Assembly: GCA_015233115.1 (NCBI GenBank)
Contig: JADFYJ010000008.1
Location: forward strand, 40,506-104,505
DNA: 64,000 nt
Source: Candidatus Omnitrophota bacterium
GTDB taxonomy: Bacteria > Omnitrophota > Gorgyraeia > Zapsychrales > Zapsychraceae
Reading direction: 5' to 3'
In this document: one piece after another, positions 1 to 8,222 of the stretch
How positions within the stretch are numbered: the stretch's first letter is position 1
Layout of the letters: the number at the start of each line of letters is the position of its first letter
Notes under the pieces: model-generated
The model's input: the letters and a program-made list of their open reading frames with translations, nothing else
What the model was told of the DNA's origin: nothing
The model's database searches: none
Translations under genes and position numbers: made by a program

Positions 1-811
1 CCGGCTGGGCAGGATATTCGCGGGGCTGGGCGTGACCCGGGTACGTTTTACCGGAGGAGAGCCTTTATTGCGGAAAGATATTCTCAGCTTGGTCGCGGCA
101 TTTAAAAATATTCCGGGCATTGAACAGGTTCATTTAACGACGAATGGAATATTATTGGGAAAGATGGCGGCAGGTTTGAAACAAGCCGGGCTGGATGGAT
201 TGAATGTGAGTTTAGATACGTTGGTCAAAGAACGGTTTAAAGCATTGACCGGATTTGATGGTTTGTCGGATGTGTTAACAGGAATAGCCCTGGCTCAAAA
301 AACCGGATTTGAAAATATCAAAGTCAATGCTGTGATTATGGCCGGCAAAAATGATGATGAAATTTTTGATTTGATCGGATTTTTTAAACAACATAATTTG
401 ATCGGGCGGTTCATTGAATTTATGGCGATCACGCCGTTATGGGATGAACAATTATATTTTTCTATTGAACGGATTCAAGCCCTGTGCCGCTCACGCTACA
501 TCGTAGAGCCGTCTTTATTTCGTTCTCTGGGGCCGGCTGAATATTATAGTTTAGACCAAACGCAGCCGATTGGATTTATTCATACCGTTGTTGAAAATTG
601 CCAGCAGTGTTCCCGCTTGCGGCTTTCCGCGTCAGGAAAATTGAAAATTTGTTTATATGAAGAGCAAGGATTGTCGTTAAAACCTTTGTTGTCAGAAATG
701 ACTGACAGCGAGTTAGCGGTTTGTATATCTGAACGAATAAAAGAAAAAAACAAAATCGATCATCAATTTTTTAAAAACAGGCAAATTTATATGAGCCAAA
801 TTGGTGGCTAG
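1..811 (+). CDS. moaA: GTP 3',8-cyclase MoaA, C-terminal portion (5' end lies upstream of window)
   Basis: Reading frame is open from nt 2 with no upstream stop. VRFTGGEPLLRKDI matches the MoaA Cys-cluster-proximal region and the rest matches the MoaA C-terminal domain. The ORF-track start at 32 is an internal GTG. Confidence 0.85.
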   Translation, partial: RLGRIFAGLGVTRVRFTGGEPLLRKDILSLVAAFKNIPGIEQVHLTTNGILLGKMAAGLKQAGLDGLNVSLDTLVKERFKALTGFDGLSDVLTGIALAQKTGFENIKVNAVIMAGKNDDEIFDLIGFFKQHNLIGRFIEFMAITPLWDEQLYFSIERIQALCRSRYIVEPSLFRSLGPAEYYSLDQTQPIGFIHTVVENCQQCSRLRLSASGKLKICLYEEQGLSLKPLLSEMTDSELAVCISERIKEKNKIDHQFFKNRQIYMSQIGG

Positions 812-824
812 ATTTTTATTAAAT

Positions 825-1000
825 CGTATGTAGTATGTGGTATGTGGTATGTAGTGGAAAAAGTGATAAGTTAAAATTTGGAGGGCGATTCGCGCATTTT
901 AAAAATAAAGTCTTAAATGGCATGTGTTAAGTTTTACAAATTTAATTATTTTGTTTTTTATTGGCTTTTACCACATACGACATACCACATACTACATACT
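825..1000. repeat. Inverted GTATGT/ACATAC short-period repeat arms (825-857 and 971-1000) flanking a ~115-bp AT-rich core, intergenic moaA-moaC
   Basis: Left arm CGTATGTAGTATGTGGTATGTGGTATGTAGTGG. Right arm CCACATACGACATACCACATACTACATACT is its near reverse complement. Right arm ends 30 nt before the moaC ATG. Confidence 0.8.
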
Positions 1001-1030
1001 TTTTAATTAGCAAAATTGAAAGGCTAACAA

Positions 1031-1456
1031 ATGATTGAAATTTCCGATAAGGTTGTCACAAAAAGGGAAGCGTGCGCAGAGGGGCGTATTTTTACTGCCG
1101 CGGAAGTTTTGAAGCGGATTAAAGCGAAAAATATTCCTAAGGGAGATGTGCTTGAAACAGCGCGCGTGGCAGGGATTATGGCGGCCAAACAAACGCCTTA
1201 TATTTTGCCTTTGTGCCACCCGATCGCCATTGAATTTGGCGATATTCAGTTTAAAATTTTAAAAGATCATATTCTTATTTCATCGACGATTCGCGGTCAT
1301 GCTAAAACCGGTTTTGAAATGGAAGCGTTAACTGCTGTGTCAGTATCGGCGCTAACAATTTATGATATGTGCAAAGCTTTTGACAAAGCCATGGCAATAA
1401 GTGATATTAAATTGATAAAGAAGTCAGGTGGTAAGAGTGGGGTCGTTCGATGTTGA
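1031..1456 (+). CDS. moaC: Cyclic pyranopterin monophosphate synthase MoaC
   Basis: 141 aa. Full-length similarity to MoaC recalled (LPLCHPI, TGFEMEALTAVSVSALTIYDMCKA). RBS-like GAAAGG upstream. Confidence 0.9.
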   Translation: MIEISDKVVTKREACAEGRIFTAAEVLKRIKAKNIPKGDVLETARVAGIMAAKQTPYILPLCHPIAIEFGDIQFKILKDHILISSTIRGHAKTGFEMEALTAVSVSALTIYDMCKAFDKAMAISDIKLIKKSGGKSGVVRC

Positions 1457-2028
1457 AACCAAGTCCCTTCGCTCAAACAGCTGCTCCTAAGCGGAGCAGA
1501 ACTCGCTCTGGGGACTTTGTTTCAACGTCTCACTTAGTAATCTCCGGCCATGTTCTTGCCGTTTCGACTTCTCCTAATAAGGGGGAAAAGAAGGTCAATC
1601 AAGCTGCGGTTGAATTTAAAGAAAATTGGGGGATTGTGGGTGATGGGCATGCGGGCGACGGGCATAGACAGGTGAGTTTGCTGACTTTGGATTCGATTGA
1701 AAAAATGCGCGCTAAAGGAGCAAAGGTTAATCCGGGGGACTTTGCTGAGAATGTGACGGTGGAGGGGATTGATTTGGAACTGGTTGCGGTAGGTGAGCGT
1801 TTAGCGGTTGGAGAGGGCGTGATTTTGCGGGTGACGCAAAAAGGCAAAGAATGCCATAAGCCTTGCCGAATATATTATGAAGCCGGAATGTGCGTCATGC
1901 CGGAAAATGGAGTTTTTGCGGTAGTAGAAAAAGGGGGAATAGTAAGGCCGGGAGATGTTATGAAGGGCGTAGTATGTAGTAATAGCGACGCTGTTGTAGG
2001 GGCGATCTCCCGATCGCCCGCACCATAA
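1450..2028 (+). CDS. MOSC domain protein (YiiM-like), start uncertain
   Basis: MOSC signature GDFAENVTVEGID plus conserved Cys (KECHKPC). Seven-nt overlap with the moaC stop suggests coupling. The last 9 codons run through the REP-like palindrome. Confidence 0.75.
   Translation: MLKPSPFAQTAAPKRSRTRSGDFVSTSHLVISGHVLAVSTSPNKGEKKVNQAAVEFKENWGIVGDGHAGDGHRQVSLLTLDSIEKMRAKGAKVNPGDFAENVTVEGIDLELVAVGERLAVGEGVILRVTQKGKECHKPCRIYYEAGMCVMPENGVFAVVEKGGIVRPGDVMKGVVCSNSDAVVGAISRSPAP
1996..2020 (+). repeat. REP-like 25-nt palindrome, copy 1 (GTAGGGGCGATCTCCCGATCGCCCG)
   Basis: Perfect 8-bp stem GGGCGATC/GATCGCCC with a 4-nt loop. Identical or near-identical copies at 2116-2139 (inverted), 36888-36913 and 38058-38082. 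Confidence 0.85.
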
Positions 2029-2115
2029 AAGATTTATAAATTTAATATTCTAGGGTTTTGGGGTTTGGTTTTATTTTTTTATTTATTAAAATAAAAAAGC
2101 GAATATCTTGAAAGC

Positions 2116-2139
2116 GGGCGATCGGGAGATCGCCCCTAC
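2116..2139 (-). repeat. REP-like 25-nt palindrome, copy 2 (inverted relative to copy 1, 95 bp away)
   Basis: CGGGCGATCGGGAGATCGCCCCTAC is the reverse complement of copy 1. It lies in the untranslated 5' extension of the mogA ORF. Confidence 0.85.
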
Positions 2140-2185
2140 GAACAGCTCCTGCGAGCCGTGCGACATACTTAATGATAGGGACTAC

Positions 2186-2671
2186 ATGCAAAATCAATAC
2201 GCGGCAGCAATTTTAACAATTAGCGATACGCGAAGCTGCGGCGGGTGCGACGATATTACTGGTCAGAAAGTCAAAGAATTGATCGTGGCTTATTCGTTCG
2301 AGGTGAAGGCCTATGAAGTTATTCCTGATGATCCTCTGCGAATCCGTGACCGTTTAATTTATTTTTGTGATGATTTAAAATGCGACGTGGTTTTGACCAA
2401 CGGCGGCACCGGCTTTTCTCCTCGGGATTTTACACCTGAAGTAACGAAAGAGATCATAGAGAAAGAAATTCCCGGTTTGGCTGAAGCCATGCGAGCCTTG
2501 GGCGGACAAAAAACCAAACGGGCATATTTATCCCGGGCGGTATGCGGTATCCGCGGCAGGTCTTTGATCATCAATTTACCAGGAAGCCCAAGAGGCGCAG
2601 AAGAATCACTCGAGGTCGTCGTGGACTTGATCGACCATGCCATCAAAATGATCCGCGGCGAAGGACATTAA
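2186..2671 (+). CDS. mogA: Molybdopterin adenylyltransferase MogA/MoaB family
   Basis: AAILTISDTRS ... GGTGFSPRDFTPE motifs typical of MogA/MoaB. Start chosen at the internal ATG (MQNQY) downstream of the REP copy. The ORF-track start at 2108 would include the palindrome. Confidence 0.85.
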   Translation: MQNQYAAAILTISDTRSCGGCDDITGQKVKELIVAYSFEVKAYEVIPDDPLRIRDRLIYFCDDLKCDVVLTNGGTGFSPRDFTPEVTKEIIEKEIPGLAEAMRALGGQKTKRAYLSRAVCGIRGRSLIINLPGSPRGAEESLEVVVDLIDHAIKMIRGEGH

Positions 2672-2728
2672 AAACAAAAAACCAAAAACCTCGATATTAA
2701 TTTTGTCTTTTCTTGAATTTGTGTATAA

Positions 2729-3904
2729 TTGGCTCATATGCCAGAACAAATAACCCGGCCCCAGCAAACCAGTTTGCCAAAAGATTTCTTTCCTAAAAAT
2801 TTGGGTGATCAACCGCCCAAAGCTGTTCCTTCCGCTTTAAGTAACGATCTTAGTCTAGACGAAATTTTGATTTATGCCCGCCATTATCAGGCTTCGGATG
2901 TGCATTTATGTTTCGCTAAGCCGATTATTTTTCGTAAATTTGGAGAAATTGAAACTGTCACGAATACTCCGCTTACGCCGGAAGAAATTAAAAAAATTAT
3001 CAGCGCGAGCGTGGCCAAAGAGATCCTGGATGAATTTGAACATTGGGGGGATAAGGAATTTGTTCACGAGATTCCGGGGCATGGCCGTTTCCGTGTGACT
3101 TTGATGAAACAACGGTTTGGCTGGGACTTAACAGCGCGGGTGATTGATTTAACGATCCGTCCGTTTGAAACATCCGGTATGTCACAATCGTGCGCGAATT
3201 TAACGTGCTGGGCGCAGGGGTTGATTTTGGTGACTGGCCCGGCTGGCTGTGGCAAGACGAGTACTTTATCGACGTTGGTTGAGCTCATTAACCAGACGCG
3301 GGAAGACCATATTATTACCATTGAAAATCCTATTGAGATTGTTTATACACCGAAGAGTTGTCAGGTTACCCAGCGCCAGATTGGTTTGCACACTTTGTCG
3401 CAAGGCAATGCTTTACGCGCTTCTTTGCGGGAAGATCCGGATATTATTGTAGTCAGTGAATTGCGTGATTTAGCGAGTATTCAATTAGCTGTCACAGCGG
3501 CAGAAACCGGACATTTGGTTTTGGGGACCATGAATACCAATGATGCGGTTCAAACAATTTCGACCTTGATCGATTCTTTTCCTCCGGAGGAGAAGGCAAT
3601 CATCACCAGTATGATCTCTGAATCTTTGCGGGGCGTTATTTCTCAACGCTTGGTTCCGAAAAAAGATAAAAGCGGTTTGGTTCCGGCATTTGAAGTTTTG
3701 ATTTTAAACGCGGCAGCCGCTAATCTGATCCGGGGGGATAAAATTAAACAGTTAAATAATGTCATGGCTACGGGCAAAGCGGACGGTATGGTTCTGTTAG
3801 ACCATTCGCTTAAGCGATTGATAGACACCGGTGAGATCGACGGGTATGAAGCCTATAAACGGGCGATCAATCCGATGGAATTTAAACAATATGCAAATCG
3901 ATAA
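2729..3904 (+). CDS. pilT: Type IV pilus retraction ATPase PilT family (paralog 1, N-terminal extension)
   Basis: Walker A GPAGCGKTST, ITIENPIE and GTMNTNDAVQTI (PilT-type His-box region). 391 aa. Confidence 0.8.
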   Translation: MAHMPEQITRPQQTSLPKDFFPKNLGDQPPKAVPSALSNDLSLDEILIYARHYQASDVHLCFAKPIIFRKFGEIETVTNTPLTPEEIKKIISASVAKEILDEFEHWGDKEFVHEIPGHGRFRVTLMKQRFGWDLTARVIDLTIRPFETSGMSQSCANLTCWAQGLILVTGPAGCGKTSTLSTLVELINQTREDHIITIENPIEIVYTPKSCQVTQRQIGLHTLSQGNALRASLREDPDIIVVSELRDLASIQLAVTAAETGHLVLGTMNTNDAVQTISTLIDSFPPEEKAIITSMISESLRGVISQRLVPKKDKSGLVPAFEVLILNAAAANLIRGDKIKQLNNVMATGKADGMVLLDHSLKRLIDTGEIDGYEAYKRAINPMEFKQYANR

Positions 3905-4943
3905 ATTATTTTACCAACTCATTGAACAGCGTGGTTCTGATCTGCACCTGGAGCAGGGTCAGAAGCCGAAAATCCGTTTGCACGGCAAACTGGTATCTTT
4001 GAATGAACCGGTTTTGACGGATGCTTATCTGCTTGAAATTCTCGAGGAGATTGCGTCTCCGGAGGCTTGGCGGAGATATATGGATATGGGTGATCTGGAT
4101 TTCGCGTATGCCTTAGCTGATCAAGCCCGTTTTCGGGCTAATTATTTCCGGCAGTACAATGGATACGGCGCGATTTTCCGGATTATTCCTTCAAAAATTT
4201 TGACTTTGGAAGAGCTGGGCATGCCGTTGGTATTAAAAAATTTTTCTGGCCTGCGTTCCGGACTGGTTTTGATCACCGGCCCGACCGGAAGCGGCAAGTC
4301 TACGACCTTGGCCGCGGTTATGGATCACATTAATGAAAATTTTTCTAAAAAGATTGTGACCATTGAGGAGCCAGTTGAGTTTATCCATCCTAAAAAGAAA
4401 TGCATTATTTCGCATAGAGAAGTCGGGTTGGACACAGATTCATTCGCCAGCGGTTTGCGCGGCGCGATCAAAAGCGATGTGGACATTATTCTCGTCGGAG
4501 AAATGCGGGATCCGGAGACTATCATGCTGGCTTTAACCGCGGCGCAAATGGGGATTTTGGTGTTCGGCACTCTACATACCAATTCCGCGGCTAAAACTGT
4601 GGACCGGATTATTGATGTTTTTCCTGCGAAACAAAAAGCGCAAATTCGGACTGTGCTGGCCAATACTCTTGAAGGTGTAGTATCTCAACAATTGCTTCCC
4701 GCTATCGGAGGTAAAGGCCGTTTTTGCTCGTATGAAATTCTTTTGCGCACAACAGCTTTGCCTGCGATCATTATGCAGGGCGAGACCCTCAAATTAACTT
4801 CGGAAATTCAATTAAACCGTCAGATGGGGATGATCGGCATGGACGATTGTCTGTTACAGCTGGTCAAAGGCGGCAAGGTTTCTTTGGAAGACGCATATTT
4901 GAAAGCGTTGGATAAAGAAGATTTTCTAAAAGCGGCAAAATAA
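3891..4943 (+). CDS. Type IV pilus ATPase PilT/PilU family (paralog 2)
   Basis: Start at MQIDKLF overlaps the upstream stop by 14 nt. Walker A GPTGSGKST, TIEEPVEF and GTLHTNSAAKTV. Confidence 0.8.
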   Translation: MQIDKLFYQLIEQRGSDLHLEQGQKPKIRLHGKLVSLNEPVLTDAYLLEILEEIASPEAWRRYMDMGDLDFAYALADQARFRANYFRQYNGYGAIFRIIPSKILTLEELGMPLVLKNFSGLRSGLVLITGPTGSGKSTTLAAVMDHINENFSKKIVTIEEPVEFIHPKKKCIISHREVGLDTDSFASGLRGAIKSDVDIILVGEMRDPETIMLALTAAQMGILVFGTLHTNSAAKTVDRIIDVFPAKQKAQIRTVLANTLEGVVSQQLLPAIGGKGRFCSYEILLRTTALPAIIMQGETLKLTSEIQLNRQMGMIGMDDCLLQLVKGGKVSLEDAYLKALDKEDFLKAAK

Positions 4944-5020
4944 TTCTGGTTAATAAAAACATTGTAGATATAATAAAAATATATTTTTACAAATTTAAAA
5001 TTTAACAAGGAGAGATAAAA

Positions 5021-6436
5021 GTGAAGAAATTTTACATGCTGGTATTTTCCTTATTATTCCTTTCCCAATCAGCCGTTATCGCTCACGCACAAGACACAGA
5101 TATTCAAAATATTTTAAAACGCCTTGATACATTGGAACAAGAAAACGCGGCATTAAAAGCTCAAGTTTTGACGTTGCAAGAAAAACAAATGGCAGCTGTT
5201 CCTGCGCCGGTTTCAACACCTGCCGCAACTCCAGTTGTTGCTGCTGCAGCTGCGCCTGCGGGAAATTTTTTGCAGACAAAACTTAAGACAGAATTATATG
5301 GTTATGTCGCGCTAACAGCCGCGTATGATCAGGCGAATGCCGGATCAAGTTCAGTTTTAAATAGTTCAACCGCGATCTACCAGGCGCCTAAACAAGCAGT
5401 AAGCGCAACCGGAAACGCGAAACACCGGGACAATCTCCGCGCTACAGCTCAAGACACTCGAATTGGTTTTAATTTTACGGCTCCGACAACCGAGAGCGGC
5501 GCGAATGTGACCGGAAATATTGAAATGGATTTTTCCGGCAATGCCGGCGGATTTATTAAAGATGCCACTAGCGCTAACGTCACAGGGAGCGGCACCTATT
5601 TTCCCCGTCTACGGCACGCGTATTTGACGTTTGATCAGAATAAATGGGGTTTCACAGCAGGCCAAACTTGGGACTTTTTTGCTCCTATTAAAGCGGATTT
5701 GCTTAATTGCGCGGCCCTTTGGCGGGCGGGCGATTTTGGGTATCGTCATCCTGAAGTTTACTTAACAAATAAGTGGGTAAATATTTTCGGAGGAAAGTTG
5801 ACGACCAAAGTGGGTGCCATAGAATCTGAAGATCCTTTTCAGGAGAATAGCGGTACGCCTGTGGCTGGGGTGTATACCAGTTATAACAAAAAAATCTTTG
5901 GCGTTGATTCCACCTTTGGCGTTGGCGGGATATATGGAAAAGATTCTTTGGATACATTAACAGCTTATGGCTCGCATAATATTCCTATTTATGCCACGGT
6001 CGTGGGTTTACAACTTAAATTTACAGATTGGTTAGGTTTTAAAACTCAAGGTTTCACAGGTTCTAAATTAAATTCGTTTATGGGTGGACCAGGAAGTTCA
6101 TCAACGTTAAATTTAGGGCTTAATGATGCGGGTTCTACTAGCACGAAAGGTGTTCGTAGTACCGGCGGATTTATGCAGTTGACCTATAAACCTGTCAAAA
6201 AAGTGGAAACAAATTTTGGGGCAGGGATTGATGCCGTTAATAATGACGCTTATTTCAGCTCAGATAGAACTTCAGCGATTTGGAGCACGAACAGATCATA
6301 TTTTACCAATTTGAAATATAATCTGACCAAAGAAGTAGTTTTAGCTGTCGAATATCAGTACTTACATACGAATTATCTTGACGGTATGAGAAGCACGGAT
6401 AACCGCGTGCAGACCACGATTTATTATAAGTTTTAA
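5021..6436 (+). CDS. Putative outer-membrane porin-like beta-barrel protein with N-terminal coiled-coil (GTG start)
   Basis: RBS AAGGAGAG 6 nt before the GTG. Signal peptide MKKFYMLVFSLLFLSQSAVIAHA. Heptad coiled-coil LKRLDTLEQENAALKAQVLTLQEKQ. Ala/Pro linker, then a Gly/Ser/Thr/aromatic-rich C-terminal region with alternating hydrophobic residues ending in F (YYKF), consistent with an OM beta-barrel. Confidence 0.5.
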   Translation: MKKFYMLVFSLLFLSQSAVIAHAQDTDIQNILKRLDTLEQENAALKAQVLTLQEKQMAAVPAPVSTPAATPVVAAAAAPAGNFLQTKLKTELYGYVALTAAYDQANAGSSSVLNSSTAIYQAPKQAVSATGNAKHRDNLRATAQDTRIGFNFTAPTTESGANVTGNIEMDFSGNAGGFIKDATSANVTGSGTYFPRLRHAYLTFDQNKWGFTAGQTWDFFAPIKADLLNCAALWRAGDFGYRHPEVYLTNKWVNIFGGKLTTKVGAIESEDPFQENSGTPVAGVYTSYNKKIFGVDSTFGVGGIYGKDSLDTLTAYGSHNIPIYATVVGLQLKFTDWLGFKTQGFTGSKLNSFMGGPGSSSTLNLGLNDAGSTSTKGVRSTGGFMQLTYKPVKKVETNFGAGIDAVNNDAYFSSDRTSAIWSTNRSYFTNLKYNLTKEVVLAVEYQYLHTNYLDGMRSTDNRVQTTIYYKF

Positions 6437-6454
6437 TTTATAGAGATTACAAAA

Positions 6455-6487
6455 AGGGGCCGCATTTAATGCGGCCTCTTTTTTTCT
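6455..6487 (+). terminator. Rho-independent terminator after the porin-like gene
   Basis: GGGGCCGCAT-TTA-ATGCGGCCTC hairpin followed by TTTTTTTC. Confidence 0.7.
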
Positions 6488-6522
6488 TGAATTATGTATA
6501 TCTTCATGATATACATTTAAAT
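6487..6522 (+). promoter_or_regulatory. Possible sigma70-like promoter for brnT (TTGAAT-17nt-TATACA), near-leaderless
   Basis: TTGAAT at 6487-6492, 17-nt spacer, TATACA at 6510-6515, ATG at 6523. Confidence 0.3.
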
Positions 6523-6837
6523 ATGGATATCCAATCAATATTGCTTAATTGCACGGGATTTCAGTGGGACAAAGGCAATAGCTTAAAAAGCTGGCTTAAG
6601 CACCATGTTTCTGAAGGCGAAGCAGAGCAGGTTTTTTTAAATGAGCCTTTATTGTTATCCATAGACGAAAAGCATTCCCAGCACGAAACCAGATTTAGAG
6701 TTATGGGTTATACCGAAGCGGACAGATATTTATATATTGCTTTTGTGGTGAGAGAAAATTTAATCCGGGTAATATCCGCGAGAGATATGAATAAAAAAGA
6801 GAGGGTTGTTTATGAAAAATTTAAAAACAATACCTAA
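6523..6837 (+). CDS. brnT: BrnT-family ribonuclease toxin (DUF497) of a type II toxin-antitoxin pair
   Basis: FQWDKGNSLKSWLKHHVSEGEAEQVF and IRVISARDMNKKERVVYEK match the BrnT/DUF497 pattern as recalled. Small gene overlapping the downstream antitoxin. Confidence 0.75.
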   Translation: MDIQSILLNCTGFQWDKGNSLKSWLKHHVSEGEAEQVFLNEPLLLSIDEKHSQHETRFRVMGYTEADRYLYIAFVVRENLIRVISARDMNKKERVVYEKFKNNT

Positions 6838-7081
6838 ATTCAAGAGTGAGAAAGAAGAACGCCAATTTTGGCTTACGCATGATTCCACTGAATATGTGGA
6901 TTGGTCTAAAGCCAAACGAGTGGTATTTCCTAATCTTAAACCGACGTATAAGAGCATTTCTTTACGGTTGCCCTCTTATATGCTGGATGAGATTAAATTG
7001 TTAGCTAATAAAAAAGATGTACCGTATCAATCATTAATGAAAGTATTTTTGGCGGAAAAAGTAAAAGAGGAATTGGCATAA
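6812..7081 (+). CDS. brnA: BrnA-family antitoxin (CopG/RHH-like C-terminus)
   Basis: RBS GAGGG 6 nt upstream of the ATG. KSISLRLPSYMLDEIKLLANKKDVPYQSLMKVFLAEKV matches the BrnA C-terminal pattern. Overlaps the brnT 3' end by 26 nt. Confidence 0.7.
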   Translation: MKNLKTIPKFKSEKEERQFWLTHDSTEYVDWSKAKRVVFPNLKPTYKSISLRLPSYMLDEIKLLANKKDVPYQSLMKVFLAEKVKEELA

Positions 7082-7125
7082 ATTGACAGGGGGACATGAT
7101 ACTTAATTCATAATTATTTTTTAAA

Positions 7126-8007
7126 ATGAGTTTCGTGTCCCCCGATAAAAAAGGATATAAAATGGTTCAGAAAACGGTCACCAAGAAAAAAACCGCAAAA
7201 AAAATCCCGGATGCTTGGCATTTAAAAGCGGCGTATGCATTGGGAAATGCGACGCAAAAGGTTTCGAACAAAATCAGCACGGTCAAAACCACGGTTAAAA
7301 AACGTGCGGCTAAAAAGAATAAAAAGACGGCGACTAAAGTCAGCCTCTGGGATTCTTTTCCGCCAACGCCGGAGCCATTATCTCCTCTCATAAAAGAATT
7401 GAGAGCGATCGCGGATATCAGCGGGTTGACTGAGGCGCTGGAAGAGATGAACGCCATCAGTATGAAACATTCCAAACATCCGGTGATCGAACGGCTGGCC
7501 GTGAGAATGCAGGCATTATCTCCGTTTGAGCAGGAACAGGTTTCCCGAAATTTTATCGAGAAACTCAACCGGACTTTTCATTTTAATAGCATGACCATGC
7601 TTATGCCTTCACAGGTTAAATTGACGGAAGAGGATTGTCAAAAAATGTCGACGGCTTTTATCGAATGTATTTCTGAAACTTTGGAAGATATCGGTTTATC
7701 CGAAGACGACCGCGCGATTTTCGCCAAACTTACCGGCGATATCGCGAAGCCGATTAATGACCTGATGCAGTTTTATATTTGCCCCAAGACGTTTGGCCAA
7801 AAAATGAAGCGGCTATGGCGGATACAGAGGATATTTATCAAGATGATCAAATTAGTCAAAATCTCCCATGACATGAACAAACAAATGCCGGCTGATTTCA
7901 AACCCGTCGAATATTTAAAACTCGAAGGAATTTATCAACAAGAAAAGCATACGGCAAAACCTATAAGTAAAGAGTTTATTATAGACGTAAAGAGCAGTAC
8001 AGTTTAA
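7126..8007 (+). CDS. Hypothetical protein with Lys-rich histone H1-like N-terminal tail and acidic helical C-terminal domain
   Basis: Complete ORF. N-terminal KKKTAKK...KKRAAKKNKKTATK low-complexity basic region. No family recognised. Confidence 0.5.
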   Translation: MSFVSPDKKGYKMVQKTVTKKKTAKKIPDAWHLKAAYALGNATQKVSNKISTVKTTVKKRAAKKNKKTATKVSLWDSFPPTPEPLSPLIKELRAIADISGLTEALEEMNAISMKHSKHPVIERLAVRMQALSPFEQEQVSRNFIEKLNRTFHFNSMTMLMPSQVKLTEEDCQKMSTAFIECISETLEDIGLSEDDRAIFAKLTGDIAKPINDLMQFYICPKTFGQKMKRLWRIQRIFIKMIKLVKISHDMNKQMPADFKPVEYLKLEGIYQQEKHTAKPISKEFIIDVKSSTV

Positions 8008-8010
8008 TAC

Positions 8011-8038
8011 CCAATACCGAATTAAAATTCGTAATTGG
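8011..8038. repeat. Imperfect palindrome CCAATACCGAATTAAAATTCGTAATTGG
   Basis: Near self-complementary. Precedes the GTATGT-type arm. Confidence 0.5.
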
Positions 8039-8043
8039 TAATT

Positions 8044-8166
8044 TGTAGAATGTAGTATGTAGCGTCGATATTTTTTAAAAATCATTTTTAAAAAATTAAA
8101 TTGGTTTTTCACCCAAAGGGTGAATCTTTCATCAACCACATACCACATACTACGCACGACATACTG
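8044..8166. repeat. Second GTATGT/ACATAC inverted-arm element (arms 8044-8067 and 8135-8166) around a ~67-bp AT-rich core with hairpin TTCACCCAAAGGGTGAA
   Basis: TGTAGAATGTAGTATGTAGCGTCG versus CCACATACCACATACTACGCACGACATACTG. Same architecture as 825-1000. Confidence 0.75.
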
Positions 8167-8199
8167 CCCTAATTCCTAATTTCGAATTCGGAATTAGGG
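8167..8199. repeat. Perfect 10-bp-stem hairpin CCCTAATTCC-N13-GGAATTAGGG, 24 nt upstream of the helicase start
   Basis: Seen directly in sequence. Confidence 0.7.
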
Positions 8200-8222
8200 T
8201 TAATACATCAGGTGATAAATTT

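Noticed and set aside
1007-1219. Antisense and overlapping small ORFs from the six-frame track inside well-supported genes (e.g. 1007-1219, 1599-1847, 2359-2646, 4325-4663, 10980-11195, 52970-53287, 55188-55559 and similar)
   Set aside because: They lie entirely within genes and on the opposite strand or out of frame, lack RBSs and lack recognisable domains. I treat them as shadow ORFs.
2703-2728. Possible promoter TTGTCT-15nt-TATAAT directly abutting the pilT ORF start
   Set aside because: The spacer is short and would make the mRNA leaderless at an uncertain start codon. Not supportable without TSS data.
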